64,000 nt of DNA from an uncultured bacterium (lineage in GTDB: Bacteria; Eisenbacteria; RBG-16-71-46; CAIMUX01). Of the stretch, positions 38,112 through 47,809 are shown one piece after another. The stretch covers positions 3,993 through 67,992 of the forward strand of contig CAYJLF010000004.1 of NCBI GenBank assembly GCA_964371055.1, read 5' to 3'. The position numbers and the translations under genes were made by a program. Position 1 is the stretch's first letter. Each line of letters starts with the position of its first letter. The notes under the pieces were generated by a model that made no database searches, had not been told where the DNA came from, and saw only the letters and a program-made list of their open reading frames with translations.

Positions 38112-39538
38112 TGTTTGCCTGGGTCGTCCTCTTCGCGGTGCAGGCGTTGGGCACGGTCCTCTCCGTCCTGGCCTTCCCCTGGCTGCTCTACCGCCTGCTG
38201 CGCCATCCGGAGGAGATGCGGGAACGACTGGGTTGGATCGTCCGACCCGAGGCGTCGCGCCTCCCTCGGCCGTCTCGACCGCTCTGGATCCACGCCGCGT
38301 CCCTCGGCGAACTCGAAGCGATCCGCGGATTGATCGGCGATGCGGAACATGCCTTCAGCGATCCACTGCACCTGACAGTGCTCTCGGTCTCCGGCCGCCG
38401 GGGGGGGCCCGCCGACTTCGGTCCTTTGGGCTTCACGATTTCCTTTGCGCCGCTTGACCTCTGGTTCGCCCTCTGGCCGTTCCTGGCGCGGCTTCGCCCG
38501 CGAGGCGTCGTGATCGCGGAGACCGAGTTGTGGCCGGGGATGCTGGCGTCCTGCCGCCTGGCCCGCATCCCCGTCGCCGTGGTGAGTGGACGGCTCTCGG
38601 CCCGGCGCTGGCAGGGAACGCGCCGCCTGGCCTGGTTCTACCGTCCCTGGCTCCGCACCCTGGCGGGCTGCGCGGTGCAGACCGCCGGCGACGCCGATCG
38701 GTTCCGTGCTCTCGGGGCGATCGCTCCGGTCGTGACGGGGAACTTGAAGTACCGCGCCCAGACCGTCCCGCCCGCGTCGCCTCCCTTCCCGGGTGCTCCG
38801 TCATCCGACCGGGCCGGGGGCGACGCCTTCCTGCTCTTTGTCGCCGGGAGCCTGCGCCTGGGCGAGGAGGCGGTCCTGGAGGCTGCCCGGGTCCCGGATC
38901 TTCGTTGTGTGATCGCGCCCCGTCACCTCAGGGAGCGCGAGCACTGGCTGGCCGCCTGCGCCGCGCGCGGGATCGAGGTCGTCTCCCGACGAGAGTCCGA
39001 ACTCGAGGTCCCGCGGCGCGAAGCGTTGCGGAGCGGCCTCCCGCCGCGACTCACCGAGCGCGCGCATGCGTTGCGCGCGGCGCTTCGGGGCTGCCTCGAG
39101 CGTGCCTCGGGGCCACCGGCTCTTCTCTTGCTCGACACGCATGGTGAACTCGCCTCGTGGTACGCCGCCGCGGATGCCGCCTTCGTCGGAGGGACGCTGG
39201 TTCCCCTGGGCGGACACAACCTGTTCGAGCCGGCCCGCGAGGGGATTCCAGTCGCATTCGGCCCCGAGACGGGTAACGTCAGGGACGTCGCCGAGCCCCT
39301 CATGCGGGAGAGCGGGGGAGTCGAGGTCCGGACGATCGCTGCGCTGCACGCCTGGCTGGGCGTCCTCCGGGACGACGCGGTCGAGCGGGCGCGGCGTGGG
39401 GCGGCAGCGCACCGGGTCGCCCTCGAGCTGGCGGGAGCGGGGACACGGACGTGGGAGTTCCTGCGGCGCCTCCCCTGGTGCGAAGTCCGCAGGAAGAATG
39501 AACAGGCCGGATCCGATCCGACCGGGAGGTGGGCGTGA
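38108..39538 (+). CDS. waaA: 3-deoxy-D-manno-octulosonic acid (Kdo) transferase
   Basis: N-terminal TM helix, 'IHAASLGE' and a GT30 C-terminal domain ('TLVPLGGHNLFEPA'). ATG overlaps the previous stop as ATGA. Confidence 0.8.
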   Translation: MMFAWVVLFAVQALGTVLSVLAFPWLLYRLLRHPEEMRERLGWIVRPEASRLPRPSRPLWIHAASLGELEAIRGLIGDAEHAFSDPLHLTVLSVSGRRGGPADFGPLGFTISFAPLDLWFALWPFLARLRPRGVVIAETELWPGMLASCRLARIPVAVVSGRLSARRWQGTRRLAWFYRPWLRTLAGCAVQTAGDADRFRALGAIAPVVTGNLKYRAQTVPPASPPFPGAPSSDRAGGDAFLLFVAGSLRLGEEAVLEAARVPDLRCVIAPRHLREREHWLAACAARGIEVVSRRESELEVPRREALRSGLPPRLTERAHALRAALRGCLERASGPPALLLLDTHGELASWYAAADAAFVGGTLVPLGGHNLFEPAREGIPVAFGPETGNVRDVAEPLMRESGGVEVRTIAALHAWLGVLRDDAVERARRGAAAHRVALELAGAGTRTWEFLRRLPWCEVRRKNEQAGSDPTGRWA

Positions 39539-40755
39539 ACGTGCGTCTCCTCGACGATCTCTGGGATCCGAACGGGCCACGCGGGGCGGCCCGCGCCGTC
39601 TCCGCCCTCCTGTTGCCGGCAGAGGCGCTCTTCCGGGCCGGTCTGGTTCTGCGCGAGGCGGCCCTGCGGACCGGTCTTCTTCGGGTGCGCCGGGCCCCCC
39701 TGCCGGTCGTCTCGGTCGGCGGGATCGAAGTGGGCGGCACCGGGAAGACCCCCCTCGCCCTCGAACTGGCCAGGATCGCCGTTCGGGCCGGACTCCAGCC
39801 GGCCATCCTGAGCCGCGGATATGGCGCGCGCTCGATCGGGGGGCGGGGCGGTCGCGGGGCGGTGTGGAAGGTTCCCGATCCGGCTCCCGAGGATGCCGCG
39901 GTGCGCTTCGGAGACGAGCCGGTCTGGTTGGCCCGGCGCTCGGCGCAGTTCGGAGCCCTCGGGGTCTGGGTGGCCCCTCGGAGGCTCCTGGCAGCCCACG
40001 CCGCGGCGGCGGCGGGTGCCGACCTGGCGATCCTCGACGACGGACTGCAGCATCGGGCGCTCTATCGGGACGGCGAAGTCGTCACGCTGTCCGGGACGGC
40101 GCCGCTCGGCAACCGGCGGTTGCTGCCGGTCGGACCGCTGCGTGAGCCGCCGGCGCGCGCGCTCCAGCGGGCCGACGTCGCCGTTCTCGGGGGAGTGCAG
40201 GCGGAGGAGGCGGACAGCGCCGCGGCCCAGGTGCGCCCTTTCCTCCGGCCCGGAATCCCGATCCTCTCGTGGCACGGCGCGCCTTCCCTCGTGGCGCAAC
40301 ACGGAGCGTCTCCTGCCGTGGGCGAACCGGTGACCCTGATCGCCGGGATCGCGCATCCGGAGCGGCTTCCGGCGGCGCTCGCCAGCCTGGGCCACCCGGT
40401 GGCGGAAGCCCGTCTCTTCGAGGATCACCACCGTTATGCGGAGAGCGACTTGCGCGGGCTGTCGGAGACGGCGCCGCTGGTGACGACCGAGAAAGACTGG
40501 CCGCGGATCCGGCGTGTCCTCTCCCCCTCGGCCCGGGTGACGCTGCTGGTGCAGTCGATTCGCTGGAACGAATCGGGTGCGGAGGCTGGGTGGCGGGAAT
40601 GGCTGGCAGGCATCGTGCGCGAGTGGGCCCGGCGAGGAGGTGATCGAATCGTGACGCCCGGCTTCAGCGCCGGCGAAGATCCGGAGGAGGACGCCACTCT
40701 CGCCCGTCCCGCGACCGACGCGCGCGACGATCCACCCGGAAGGTCGATCGGATGA
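39535..40755 (+). CDS. lpxK: tetraacyldisaccharide 4'-kinase with ~70-aa C-terminal extension
   Basis: P-loop 'GGIEVGGTGKTP' characteristic of LpxK. GTG start with GGGAGG RBS overlaps the waaA stop. Confidence 0.8.
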   Translation: MNVRLLDDLWDPNGPRGAARAVSALLLPAEALFRAGLVLREAALRTGLLRVRRAPLPVVSVGGIEVGGTGKTPLALELARIAVRAGLQPAILSRGYGARSIGGRGGRGAVWKVPDPAPEDAAVRFGDEPVWLARRSAQFGALGVWVAPRRLLAAHAAAAAGADLAILDDGLQHRALYRDGEVVTLSGTAPLGNRRLLPVGPLREPPARALQRADVAVLGGVQAEEADSAAAQVRPFLRPGIPILSWHGAPSLVAQHGASPAVGEPVTLIAGIAHPERLPAALASLGHPVAEARLFEDHHRYAESDLRGLSETAPLVTTEKDWPRIRRVLSPSARVTLLVQSIRWNESGAEAGWREWLAGIVREWARRGGDRIVTPGFSAGEDPEEDATLARPATDARDDPPGRSIG

Positions 40756-41990
40756 ACCCGGCTCCGGCGTGGGTCGCCGTGGCGATCTTCCTCGGGGCCT
40801 ACGTCGTGATGACGGCCCGACACCTGCGGCTCCTCCCGCTCGGGCGAGCGGGCGGAGCCATGGTCGGAGCCTTCCTGCTTCTGACGACGCAGGTGATGAC
40901 GCCGGAGCAAGCCTGGCGGGCGGTGGAGCCCAACACCCTGGCGCTCCTGTTCGGCATGATGATCATCACCGCCTCGCTCGACCTCGCGGGCTTCTTCGAT
41001 CTCGCCGCGGATCTGCTGCTGCGCCGGGCGCGCGATCCGGTCCGACTCCTTCATCTCGTCAGCTGGGGCTCCGGGCTGCTGGCGGCCTTCCTCGTCAATG
41101 ACACGGTCTGCCTGCTCCTGACTCCGCTCGTGGTCGGAGCGGTGCGCCGGGCCGGATACCCGGTGACGCCGTACCTCTTCGCGCTCTGCATGGGGGCGAA
41201 CATCGGGAGCGTCGCGACCCTCGGCGGGAACCCCCAGAACATGCTGATCGGGGCGTTGTCGGGAGATCGCTATGCCGCGTTCCTGCTCCACCTCGCGCCG
41301 GTGGGGCTGGGCGGACTCGCCATTCTCTCCGGGGTGCTCCACCTTTTCTTTGCGCGCGCATTGAGGGCATGCGGGAGCGTCGAGACGGCCGGGCCGAAGC
41401 GGGCCACGGATCGAAGCGGCCTGCGTCGAGCCCTGATCATACTGGCCCTGACCGTGGCCGCCTTCTTCGGAGGCGCGCGACTCTCGCTCGCGGCCCTCGG
41501 CGGCGCGTGCGCCATCCTGGTCATGCGACGCGACGATCCGCAGGAGCTGTTCCGCCGAGTCGACTGGACTCTGCTCCTCTTCTTCGCGGCGCTCTTCGTT
41601 CTGGTGGAGGGAGTCGTGCGGGCGGGGGCGGCGGAGTGGCTCTATCGCCCGTTCGCTCCCTGGCTGGGGGAGGGGGTCCGCCGGCCGGCGGTTGTCTTCA
41701 GTCTGCTGGCCGTGGTGGGGAGCAACCTGGTGTCGAACGTCCCGTTCATCCTCGTGGCGCGCCCCTGGGTGGAACTCCTCGAGGACCCGGTCCGGCAGTG
41801 GCGGATCCTGGCTATGGCCACCACCTTCGCGGGGAATCTGACGATTCTCGGGTCGGTGGCGAACGTGATCGTCATCGATCTCGCGTCGGGAGCCGAACGG
41901 ATCGGCTTCTGGAGATACCTGAAGGTCGGCCTGCCGGTGACGCTCTTGACCGTGGGGTGGGGGCTCCTGGTCCTGCTTCTGCTCCCGTAA
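40752..41990 (+). CDS. ArsB/NhaD-superfamily anion permease
   Basis: 412-aa polytopic protein with duplicated 'GSNLVSNVP'/'GANIGS' hairpin motifs typical of the ion-transporter superfamily. ATGA overlap with lpxK. Confidence 0.65.
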   Translation: MNPAPAWVAVAIFLGAYVVMTARHLRLLPLGRAGGAMVGAFLLLTTQVMTPEQAWRAVEPNTLALLFGMMIITASLDLAGFFDLAADLLLRRARDPVRLLHLVSWGSGLLAAFLVNDTVCLLLTPLVVGAVRRAGYPVTPYLFALCMGANIGSVATLGGNPQNMLIGALSGDRYAAFLLHLAPVGLGGLAILSGVLHLFFARALRACGSVETAGPKRATDRSGLRRALIILALTVAAFFGGARLSLAALGGACAILVMRRDDPQELFRRVDWTLLLFFAALFVLVEGVVRAGAAEWLYRPFAPWLGEGVRRPAVVFSLLAVVGSNLVSNVPFILVARPWVELLEDPVRQWRILAMATTFAGNLTILGSVANVIVIDLASGAERIGFWRYLKVGLPVTLLTVGWGLLVLLLLP

Positions 41991-42058
41991 GCGATCGCGG
42001 GCGGGATCACGCAAACGGGCCCGCCGAAGCGGACCCGTCAGGTGCCTCCCGGACTCTC

Positions 42059-42077
42059 CCGCGGCGGAAAGCCGCGG
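42059..42077. terminator. hairpin between convergent permease and lipoprotein genes
   Basis: ccgcggc-ggaaa-gccgcgg is a perfect 7-bp stem with a 5-nt loop. It abuts the lipoprotein stop codon. Confidence 0.4.
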
Positions 42078-42617
42078 TCAGTCGGCCCAGTTGGCGAAAT
42101 TCACCTGGAGCACCGTCTCGAGGCTCACCTTCTCGCCCGAGCCGTGCTCGCGACCCTCGATCCGGATGTGGGCCACGGCCTGGATCTCGCCCCCCTGCCG
42201 GAGCGAGACGAGCGGCGGCGCTGCCTTCATGGATGCCGGCACGATGATGATGGTGCCGCTCATCACGCGGTTGAGGTCGACGGACCAACCTAGGGCGCCC
42301 CGCACCGGCGGAATCGCCTCGCTGCTCTCGAAGGTGATCTCATACCGCTCGAGGAGAACGCCGCTGTACGGGCTGAGATCAAGATTGAGCACGGTATCGT
42401 GCGGACGGTTCCAGATCTCGATCACGACCGCGTCTTCGGCGATGGTCGCGTTGTCGCCGACGTAGCGGACGACGTCGCTCTGCAGCGGCTGGTTGTCGTT
42501 GATCGCCTCGACATGCGGCGTCTGACGCGGGGCGGATGAGTCGCTGCAGCCGGCGGTGAACAAGCAGAGGGGCGCGGCGGCAGTGAGGGCGAGGATCGAG
42601 CGCGAACGAGCATGCAT
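42078..42617 (-). CDS. small lipoprotein of unknown function
   Basis: Lipobox 'LFTAGC' after a positively charged N-terminus. 179 aa, with beta-rich predicted content. It is the C-terminal real part of a 736-aa track ORF that is otherwise antisense to nadB. Confidence 0.6.
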   Translation of the reverse strand: MHARSRSILALTAAAPLCLFTAGCSDSSAPRQTPHVEAINDNQPLQSDVVRYVGDNATIAEDAVVIEIWNRPHDTVLNLDLSPYSGVLLERYEITFESSEAIPPVRGALGWSVDLNRVMSGTIIIVPASMKAAPPLVSLRQGGEIQAVAHIRIEGREHGSGEKVSLETVLQVNFANWAD

Positions 42618-42661
42618 CGTACAACCTCCTCCCGGGCCTTGCTTGCCCGGGTGGGTGGGTT

Positions 42662-42702
42662 TCGGGTTTTCTGCTGTTTTTGTTATCGGCCGCGCGTATA
42701 CT
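42662..42702 (+). promoter_or_regulatory. putative sigma70-like promoter for nadB in an AT-richer divergent intergenic region
   Basis: 'TATACT' at 42697-42702 with a weak -35 ('ctgttt') 17 nt upstream. It lies ~55 nt before the nadB ATG. This is sequence inspection only. Confidence 0.25.
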
Positions 42703-42758
42703 GCCCTGAACCGGAAACCAGACAGACTCCCCGGGTCGGGGAGGGGCCCTGTAACATT

Positions 42759-44399
42759 ATGGCAAACAAAGACTTCCTCGTTATCGGCACCGGTCTGGCC
42801 GGGCTCGTCTGCGCGCTGCGCGCGGCCGAGCGCGGGACGGTGGCGCTCCTCAGCAAACGCGCGCCCCTCGAGGGGAGCAGCGCGTGGGCGCAGGGGGGAA
42901 TCGCGGCGTCCGTGGGCGCGGACGACAATCCCGCCTTGCATGCGGAAGACACGCTGGCGTGTGGCGTAGGACTCTGCCGTCCGGCGGCCGTCGAGTTGAT
43001 GGTGAAGCATGGTCCGGGCGCGATCCGCCGGCTCGAGGAACTGGGCGTGACCTTTGCCCACCGTCCCGACGGTGAATACGAGTTGGGGCGGGAAGGAGGG
43101 CACTCCCGGCGCCGAATCGTGCACGCCGGCGACATCACCGGTCGGGCGGTCATGGAAACGCTCGTCGCGCAGATCGCCTCCCATCCGCGCCTGGAACTCC
43201 TCGCGGACCACATCGCCGTCGATCTCATCCTCGAGCACAAGGTGAAGGGGAGCGACGCGCCGTCGCGATGCCTGGGCGCCTACGTGCTGGATGCGAATTC
43301 GCGCGAGATCAAGGTCATGGGCGCTCGCGCCACCGTGCTCGCCACCGGCGGCTGCGGGAAAGTCTATACCTACACGTCGAATCCCGACGTCTCGACCGGC
43401 GACGGCATCGCCATGGCATGGAGAGCCGGGTGTCGCGTGGCCAATCTGGAGTTCGTGCAGTTCCACCCCACCTGCCTCTATCACCCGCGCGCCAAGTCCT
43501 TCCTCATCTCCGAAGCGGCGCGGGGGGAGGGCGGGTTCCTTACGACGCTGAGCGGCGATCGCCTGCGGATCGGCCATCCCCTGGGCGACCTGGCTCCGCG
43601 GGACATCGTCGCTCGCGCCATTGACCGCGAGATGAAGCGGCGAGGCGAACATTGCGTGCTGCTCCACCTGGAGCACCTCGATTCCGAACAGGTGCGCCGT
43701 CGCTTTCCGACCATTCACGAGACCTGTCTCGGGTTCGGGATCGACATCACGAAGCAGCCGATTCCCGTCGTCCCGGCCGCCCACTACCAGTGTGGCGGCG
43801 TCGTCACCGATCTCGAGGGACGGACCGACCTCCCGGGGCTCTACGCGGCGGGCGAGACGGCGTTCACCGGGCTGCATGGCGCGAACCGGCTGGCGAGCAA
43901 CTCGCTGCTCGAGGCCATCGTGATGGGCGAGCGGGTCGCCGTGACCGCCGGCGAGGATCTGTCGGGACTCCCCATGCCGGATGGAATTCCCGCCTGGGAC
44001 GCGGGCACCGCCACGCTGCCGCGCGAGACCGTCCTGATCGATGCGCACTGGGACCTTGTCCGGCGGGCGATGTGGGACTTCGTCGGGATCGTGCGCAACG
44101 ATCACCGCCTCGCCGTGGCTGCTCGCTACCTGGAGATCTTCCGCCGCAGCATCGAGAGCTACTACTGGGATTTCGTCCTCGACCGGGACCTGATCGAACT
44201 CAGAAACCTCTCCCTGGTCGCCGAGCTGATCGTCCGGTGCGCCCGGGATCGGCGGGAGTCGCGCGGTCTGCATTACACCGAGGATCATCCGGAGAGAGAC
44301 GACGCCCGCTACCTGGCGGACACCGTCCTGATTCCCCGGCTGCCCTGGCGGGACCGCGAGGGCGGCACGGAAACATCCGGGACCGGTCCGGTCGCCTGA
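42759..44399 (+). CDS. nadB: L-aspartate oxidase
   Basis: FAD-binding 'DFLVIGTGLAGL', an 'RSHTVAAxGG'-like motif and 'HYxMGG'-type 'HYQCGGV'. 546 aa. Confidence 0.9.
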   Translation: MANKDFLVIGTGLAGLVCALRAAERGTVALLSKRAPLEGSSAWAQGGIAASVGADDNPALHAEDTLACGVGLCRPAAVELMVKHGPGAIRRLEELGVTFAHRPDGEYELGREGGHSRRRIVHAGDITGRAVMETLVAQIASHPRLELLADHIAVDLILEHKVKGSDAPSRCLGAYVLDANSREIKVMGARATVLATGGCGKVYTYTSNPDVSTGDGIAMAWRAGCRVANLEFVQFHPTCLYHPRAKSFLISEAARGEGGFLTTLSGDRLRIGHPLGDLAPRDIVARAIDREMKRRGEHCVLLHLEHLDSEQVRRRFPTIHETCLGFGIDITKQPIPVVPAAHYQCGGVVTDLEGRTDLPGLYAAGETAFTGLHGANRLASNSLLEAIVMGERVAVTAGEDLSGLPMPDGIPAWDAGTATLPRETVLIDAHWDLVRRAMWDFVGIVRNDHRLAVAARYLEIFRRSIESYYWDFVLDRDLIELRNLSLVAELIVRCARDRRESRGLHYTEDHPERDDARYLADTVLIPRLPWRDREGGTETSGTGPVA

Positions 44400-44410
44400 G
44401 GAGCCCGCGC

Positions 44411-44773
44411 ATGGAGCCGGAGACGATCGCCACCGTGGAACGGCTGGCCGAAGCGAGGGGAAGGTTCCGCTCGGAAGCCTACTTTTTCGTGCTGCGTTCG
44501 CTCGAGTATACGCGCCGCCGACTGCGGCTCATCGGGCATGTCAGCGGGCGTGACCTGGCTGAGGGGGCCCGCGATCTGGCGCGGGAGGAGTTCGGACCGA
44601 TGGCTCTGAACGTGTTGCAGTACTGGGGTCTGAATCGCAGCGCCGACATCGGCCGCATCGTCTATGACCTGATCGAGGAGAACATCCTCAGCAAGACCGA
44701 CGAGGACTCGATCGAAGACTTCGCCGACGTCTACGATTTCGACACGGCCTTCGCCGAGGATGCGCCGTGGTGA
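44411..44773 (+). CDS. hypothetical 120-aa acidic protein
   Basis: ORF with good codon usage and a conserved-looking N-terminus. I recognise no family. Confidence 0.45.
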   Translation: MEPETIATVERLAEARGRFRSEAYFFVLRSLEYTRRRLRLIGHVSGRDLAEGARDLAREEFGPMALNVLQYWGLNRSADIGRIVYDLIEENILSKTDEDSIEDFADVYDFDTAFAEDAPW

Positions 44774-45878
44774 CGTGGACCTCGAACGGTCCCGCGAACC
44801 GAGGAAACGGCGTGTGATCCGGAACACCGTCCGCGGCGGGGCGAACGCCGCACGTTCTCGACCGGACGACTCGATCCTGGTCCTGCGGTTCCACTCGCTG
44901 GGCGATGTGATCCTCGCCACCGGCATCGTCCGAACGCTGGAGGAACACGGCCGCGTGACGATCGTCACCGAGGAGCGTTACCGCCCGGTCTTCCTGCCCC
45001 GGTTCGCGGCGGACCAGGTGCTCCCGCGCGAGGCGTTCGAGCAGGCGCCGCGTCCGACCGCGCCGTCCTTCGACCGCGCCATCGATCTGCAGGGAACGCC
45101 GGGGTCATCCCGCCTCGCGCACCGGTACGCGCGGCGGACGGACCGCATCGATGGAAGAGCGCTCGCCCGTCGCTGGATCGTCTGGTGGGGGGATCGGTTT
45201 CCGCGCCCGCGGGTGCCATCCGCCCTGGCGCGGTACGCCTCCGCCGCGGGGCTCGATCCGGATCGTGAGTTCGACCTGCTGCGCCCGGTGGTCGAAGTCT
45301 CCGACGAGGACGTCGCGCTCGCGCGCAGACTCGCGCCCGGCGCGTTCGATCGCGATGCGACCGGCGTCGCTCTTCTCACCGGCGCCTCGCGTCGCACGAA
45401 GAGATGGCCGGCCGGGTCCTTCGCGGAACTGGCGGCGCGTCTTGCGGCCGAGGGGCTCTCTCCCTGGTGGATTGAGGATCCGTCCGGCGCGCCGTCGGAG
45501 GCCCTGACGTTGCCGCCGGGGGTCCCGTGCTGGCGTCTGCCCCTTCCGGCGCTGAAGGGCGTCCTCTCCCGAGCAGCCCTGACCGTGGCGTGTGACTCGG
45601 GGCCGATGCATCTCTCGGCGGCGCTGGGGCGGCCGACCCTCGGGCTCTTCACCTCCACGGTCGTTGAATTCGGGTTCGCCCCGATCGGAACCCAGGCCCG
45701 AGTGGCCGAGGTGACGGACCTCGCCTGCCGGCCGTGCGGGGTGCACGGGCGCGGGGGGTGCTGGCTCGGTCACTGGCGCTGCCAGCGCGACCTCGAGCCG
45801 AGGCGCGTCGCGCGGGAAGCTCTGGATCTGCTGCAGGCCGCCGGCACCGGGGTGGCTCTGCCGGGAGGCGATCGATGA
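44760..45878 (+). CDS. GT9-family glycosyltransferase (LPS heptosyltransferase-like)
   Basis: 'ILVLRFHSLGDVILATG' N-terminal motif and 'CDSGPMHLSAALGRPTLGLF' C-terminal motif of WaaC/WaaF-type enzymes. The start could instead be the GTG at 44814. Confidence 0.75.
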   Translation: MRRGDVDLERSREPRKRRVIRNTVRGGANAARSRPDDSILVLRFHSLGDVILATGIVRTLEEHGRVTIVTEERYRPVFLPRFAADQVLPREAFEQAPRPTAPSFDRAIDLQGTPGSSRLAHRYARRTDRIDGRALARRWIVWWGDRFPRPRVPSALARYASAAGLDPDREFDLLRPVVEVSDEDVALARRLAPGAFDRDATGVALLTGASRRTKRWPAGSFAELAARLAAEGLSPWWIEDPSGAPSEALTLPPGVPCWRLPLPALKGVLSRAALTVACDSGPMHLSAALGRPTLGLFTSTVVEFGFAPIGTQARVAEVTDLACRPCGVHGRGGCWLGHWRCQRDLEPRRVAREALDLLQAAGTGVALPGGDR

Positions 45879-47809
45879 CCCCGGACTTTCCGCCCCGCTC
45901 TCCGGTCCGCCGCCTCGATCCGCGCGTCGTGGCCCAGATCGCGGCGGGGGAAATGATCCTGCGCCCCTTCTCGGTCGTCAAGGAGCTGGTGGAGAATGCG
46001 ATCGATGCCGGGGCCGAATCGATCGAGATCACGCTCGGAGAGACGCCCGACACTCTGATCACGGTGGCCGACGACGGCTGCGGCATGGACCGGGAGGATC
46101 TCCTCACCTCGCTGGAGCCGCATGCCACGAGCAAGCTCGCCACCGAGGACGATCTCTTCCGGGTCGGGACGCTCGGCTTCCGGGGCGAGGCGCTCCCATC
46201 GATCGGGCGCGTCGCCCGGATGGAGATCCTCACCGCACCCCGTGAGGGGAACGGATATCGAATCGTCGTCGAGGGGGGAGAACGCCACACGGTCGAGCTC
46301 TCCGCGCGCGGGCGAGGCACTTCGGTCAAGGTCGAGGATCTCTTCTACAACTCTCCCGTCCGCAAGCGATTCCTCAAGAGCCCGGAGGCGGAGGTTCGTC
46401 TCGTCGTCAAGCTGATCGCCACGACCGGTCTGGCGTTCCCAGGGGTCGCGTTCCGCCTCCGTTCGAAGGGACAGGTCCTGCTGTCGCTGCCGCCGGCCGA
46501 AGACACCGCGACGCGGATCGCGGCCCTGCACGGGCCGGCGTTTCTGGAGAAGCTCCTGCCGGTCGAGTCGGCGACGCCGCGCGGGGAGATCCATGGCTTC
46601 ATCGGGATCCCGGAGCTGGCTCGCCCGGGAACGCAGCACCAGACCTTGATCGTCAACCGCCGTTGGGTGACGGCGCCCTGGTTCTCGGCTGCTCTGCGTC
46701 AGGGCTACGGCGACCTGATCGCGCCCAGCCGCAACCCCTTGGCGATGATCTTCCTCTCCCTGGACCCCGCGCGGCTCGACGTGAATGTCCATCCGACCAA
46801 ACGCGAGGTCCGCTTCCTCGATGAGGCGGCGCTGTTCGGCGACCTGGTCCGCGCCGTGCGGGATCCCCTCTCCGAGCTGGTCCCGGGTTGGAACCTCGAT
46901 CCGCGCGACCCCGGATCGGTCTCGCGTCCCGCCATCGGTTCACAGCCGGCTGCCTCCGCGATGAGGGACGGATCGGTGGTCCGCGATGCGGAGACTCCCC
47001 CCGCGCATCCGTCGATGCCGGGTGCGGGCGGTGCGCCCGAGCTCTTCGCACCCCGCTTCGATCACGGCGGCGACGCGCCGACTACGATCATCCAGCGCCA
47101 GCCGGCCGGCGGCCCGGATTTCGCCGCCGGCGCGTCCGGCTCCGGCGGGAGCATCGGCGACCCGGACCGCCCGGCCGCGGAGCGGCACACAGAGGAGGAG
47201 ATCGCTGAGGGCGGAAGTTCCACTCTGACCCGAGGGGGCAGCCGGGGACTCGTCCCGATCTGGCAGCTTCATCAGCGCTATCTCTTCGCCCAGACTCGAC
47301 AGGGATTCCTCGTCATCGACCAGCACGCCGCGCACGAGCGGATCCTCTACGAACGGGCCCTCGATCACCTGCGTGGCATGCCGGCGGCCACCCAGCAACT
47401 CCTCTTTCCGCTTCCGGTCCACCTCGAGCCCGACGTGGCGGGAGCGTGGGGGGAGTTCGCCGAAGACCTTCGCATTCTCGGGATCGATGCCGAGGAGTTC
47501 GGCGGGCGCACCGTCCTGTTGCGCGGCGTGCCGGCCAACTGGGAACACGATCCCGCCGGTCTCTTTCGCGAGGTCCTGCACGAGCTCACGGAGGGGAGGC
47601 GGCGGGGGATCGACCGAGCCGAGCGCGTCGCCGCGGCGGTCGCCTGCCGCAGCGCGGTCCGCAGCGGACAGGCACTCTCGCTGGAGGAATCGAACGCGCT
47701 GGTCGACCAGCTCTTCGCGACCTCGACCCCGCACGGCGATCCCCACGGGCGTCCCACCTTTCTGCAGGTCACCCTCGCCGATCTCGATCGCCGCTTCGGG
47801 AGGAGCTGA
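45875..47809 (+). CDS. mutL: DNA mismatch repair protein MutL
   Basis: GHKL ATPase motifs 'VVKELVENAIDAGA', 'DDGCGM', 'LGFRGEALPSI' and a C-terminal dimerisation domain. ATGA overlap with the upstream gene. Confidence 0.9.
   Translation: MTPDFPPRSPVRRLDPRVVAQIAAGEMILRPFSVVKELVENAIDAGAESIEITLGETPDTLITVADDGCGMDREDLLTSLEPHATSKLATEDDLFRVGTLGFRGEALPSIGRVARMEILTAPREGNGYRIVVEGGERHTVELSARGRGTSVKVEDLFYNSPVRKRFLKSPEAEVRLVVKLIATTGLAFPGVAFRLRSKGQVLLSLPPAEDTATRIAALHGPAFLEKLLPVESATPRGEIHGFIGIPELARPGTQHQTLIVNRRWVTAPWFSAALRQGYGDLIAPSRNPLAMIFLSLDPARLDVNVHPTKREVRFLDEAALFGDLVRAVRDPLSELVPGWNLDPRDPGSVSRPAIGSQPAASAMRDGSVVRDAETPPAHPSMPGAGGAPELFAPRFDHGGDAPTTIIQRQPAGGPDFAAGASGSGGSIGDPDRPAAERHTEEEIAEGGSSTLTRGGSRGLVPIWQLHQRYLFAQTRQGFLVIDQHAAHERILYERALDHLRGMPAATQQLLFPLPVHLEPDVAGAWGEFAEDLRILGIDAEEFGGRTVLLRGVPANWEHDPAGLFREVLHELTEGRRRGIDRAERVAAAVACRSAVRSGQALSLEESNALVDQLFATSTPHGDPHGRPTFLQVTLADLDRRFGRS

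Noticed and set aside
42618-44288. 736-aa minus-strand ORF overlapping nadB
   Set aside because: Only the last 179 codons (42078-42617) encode a plausible lipoprotein with its own ATG and lipobox. The rest is antisense to nadB and has no protein-like features.
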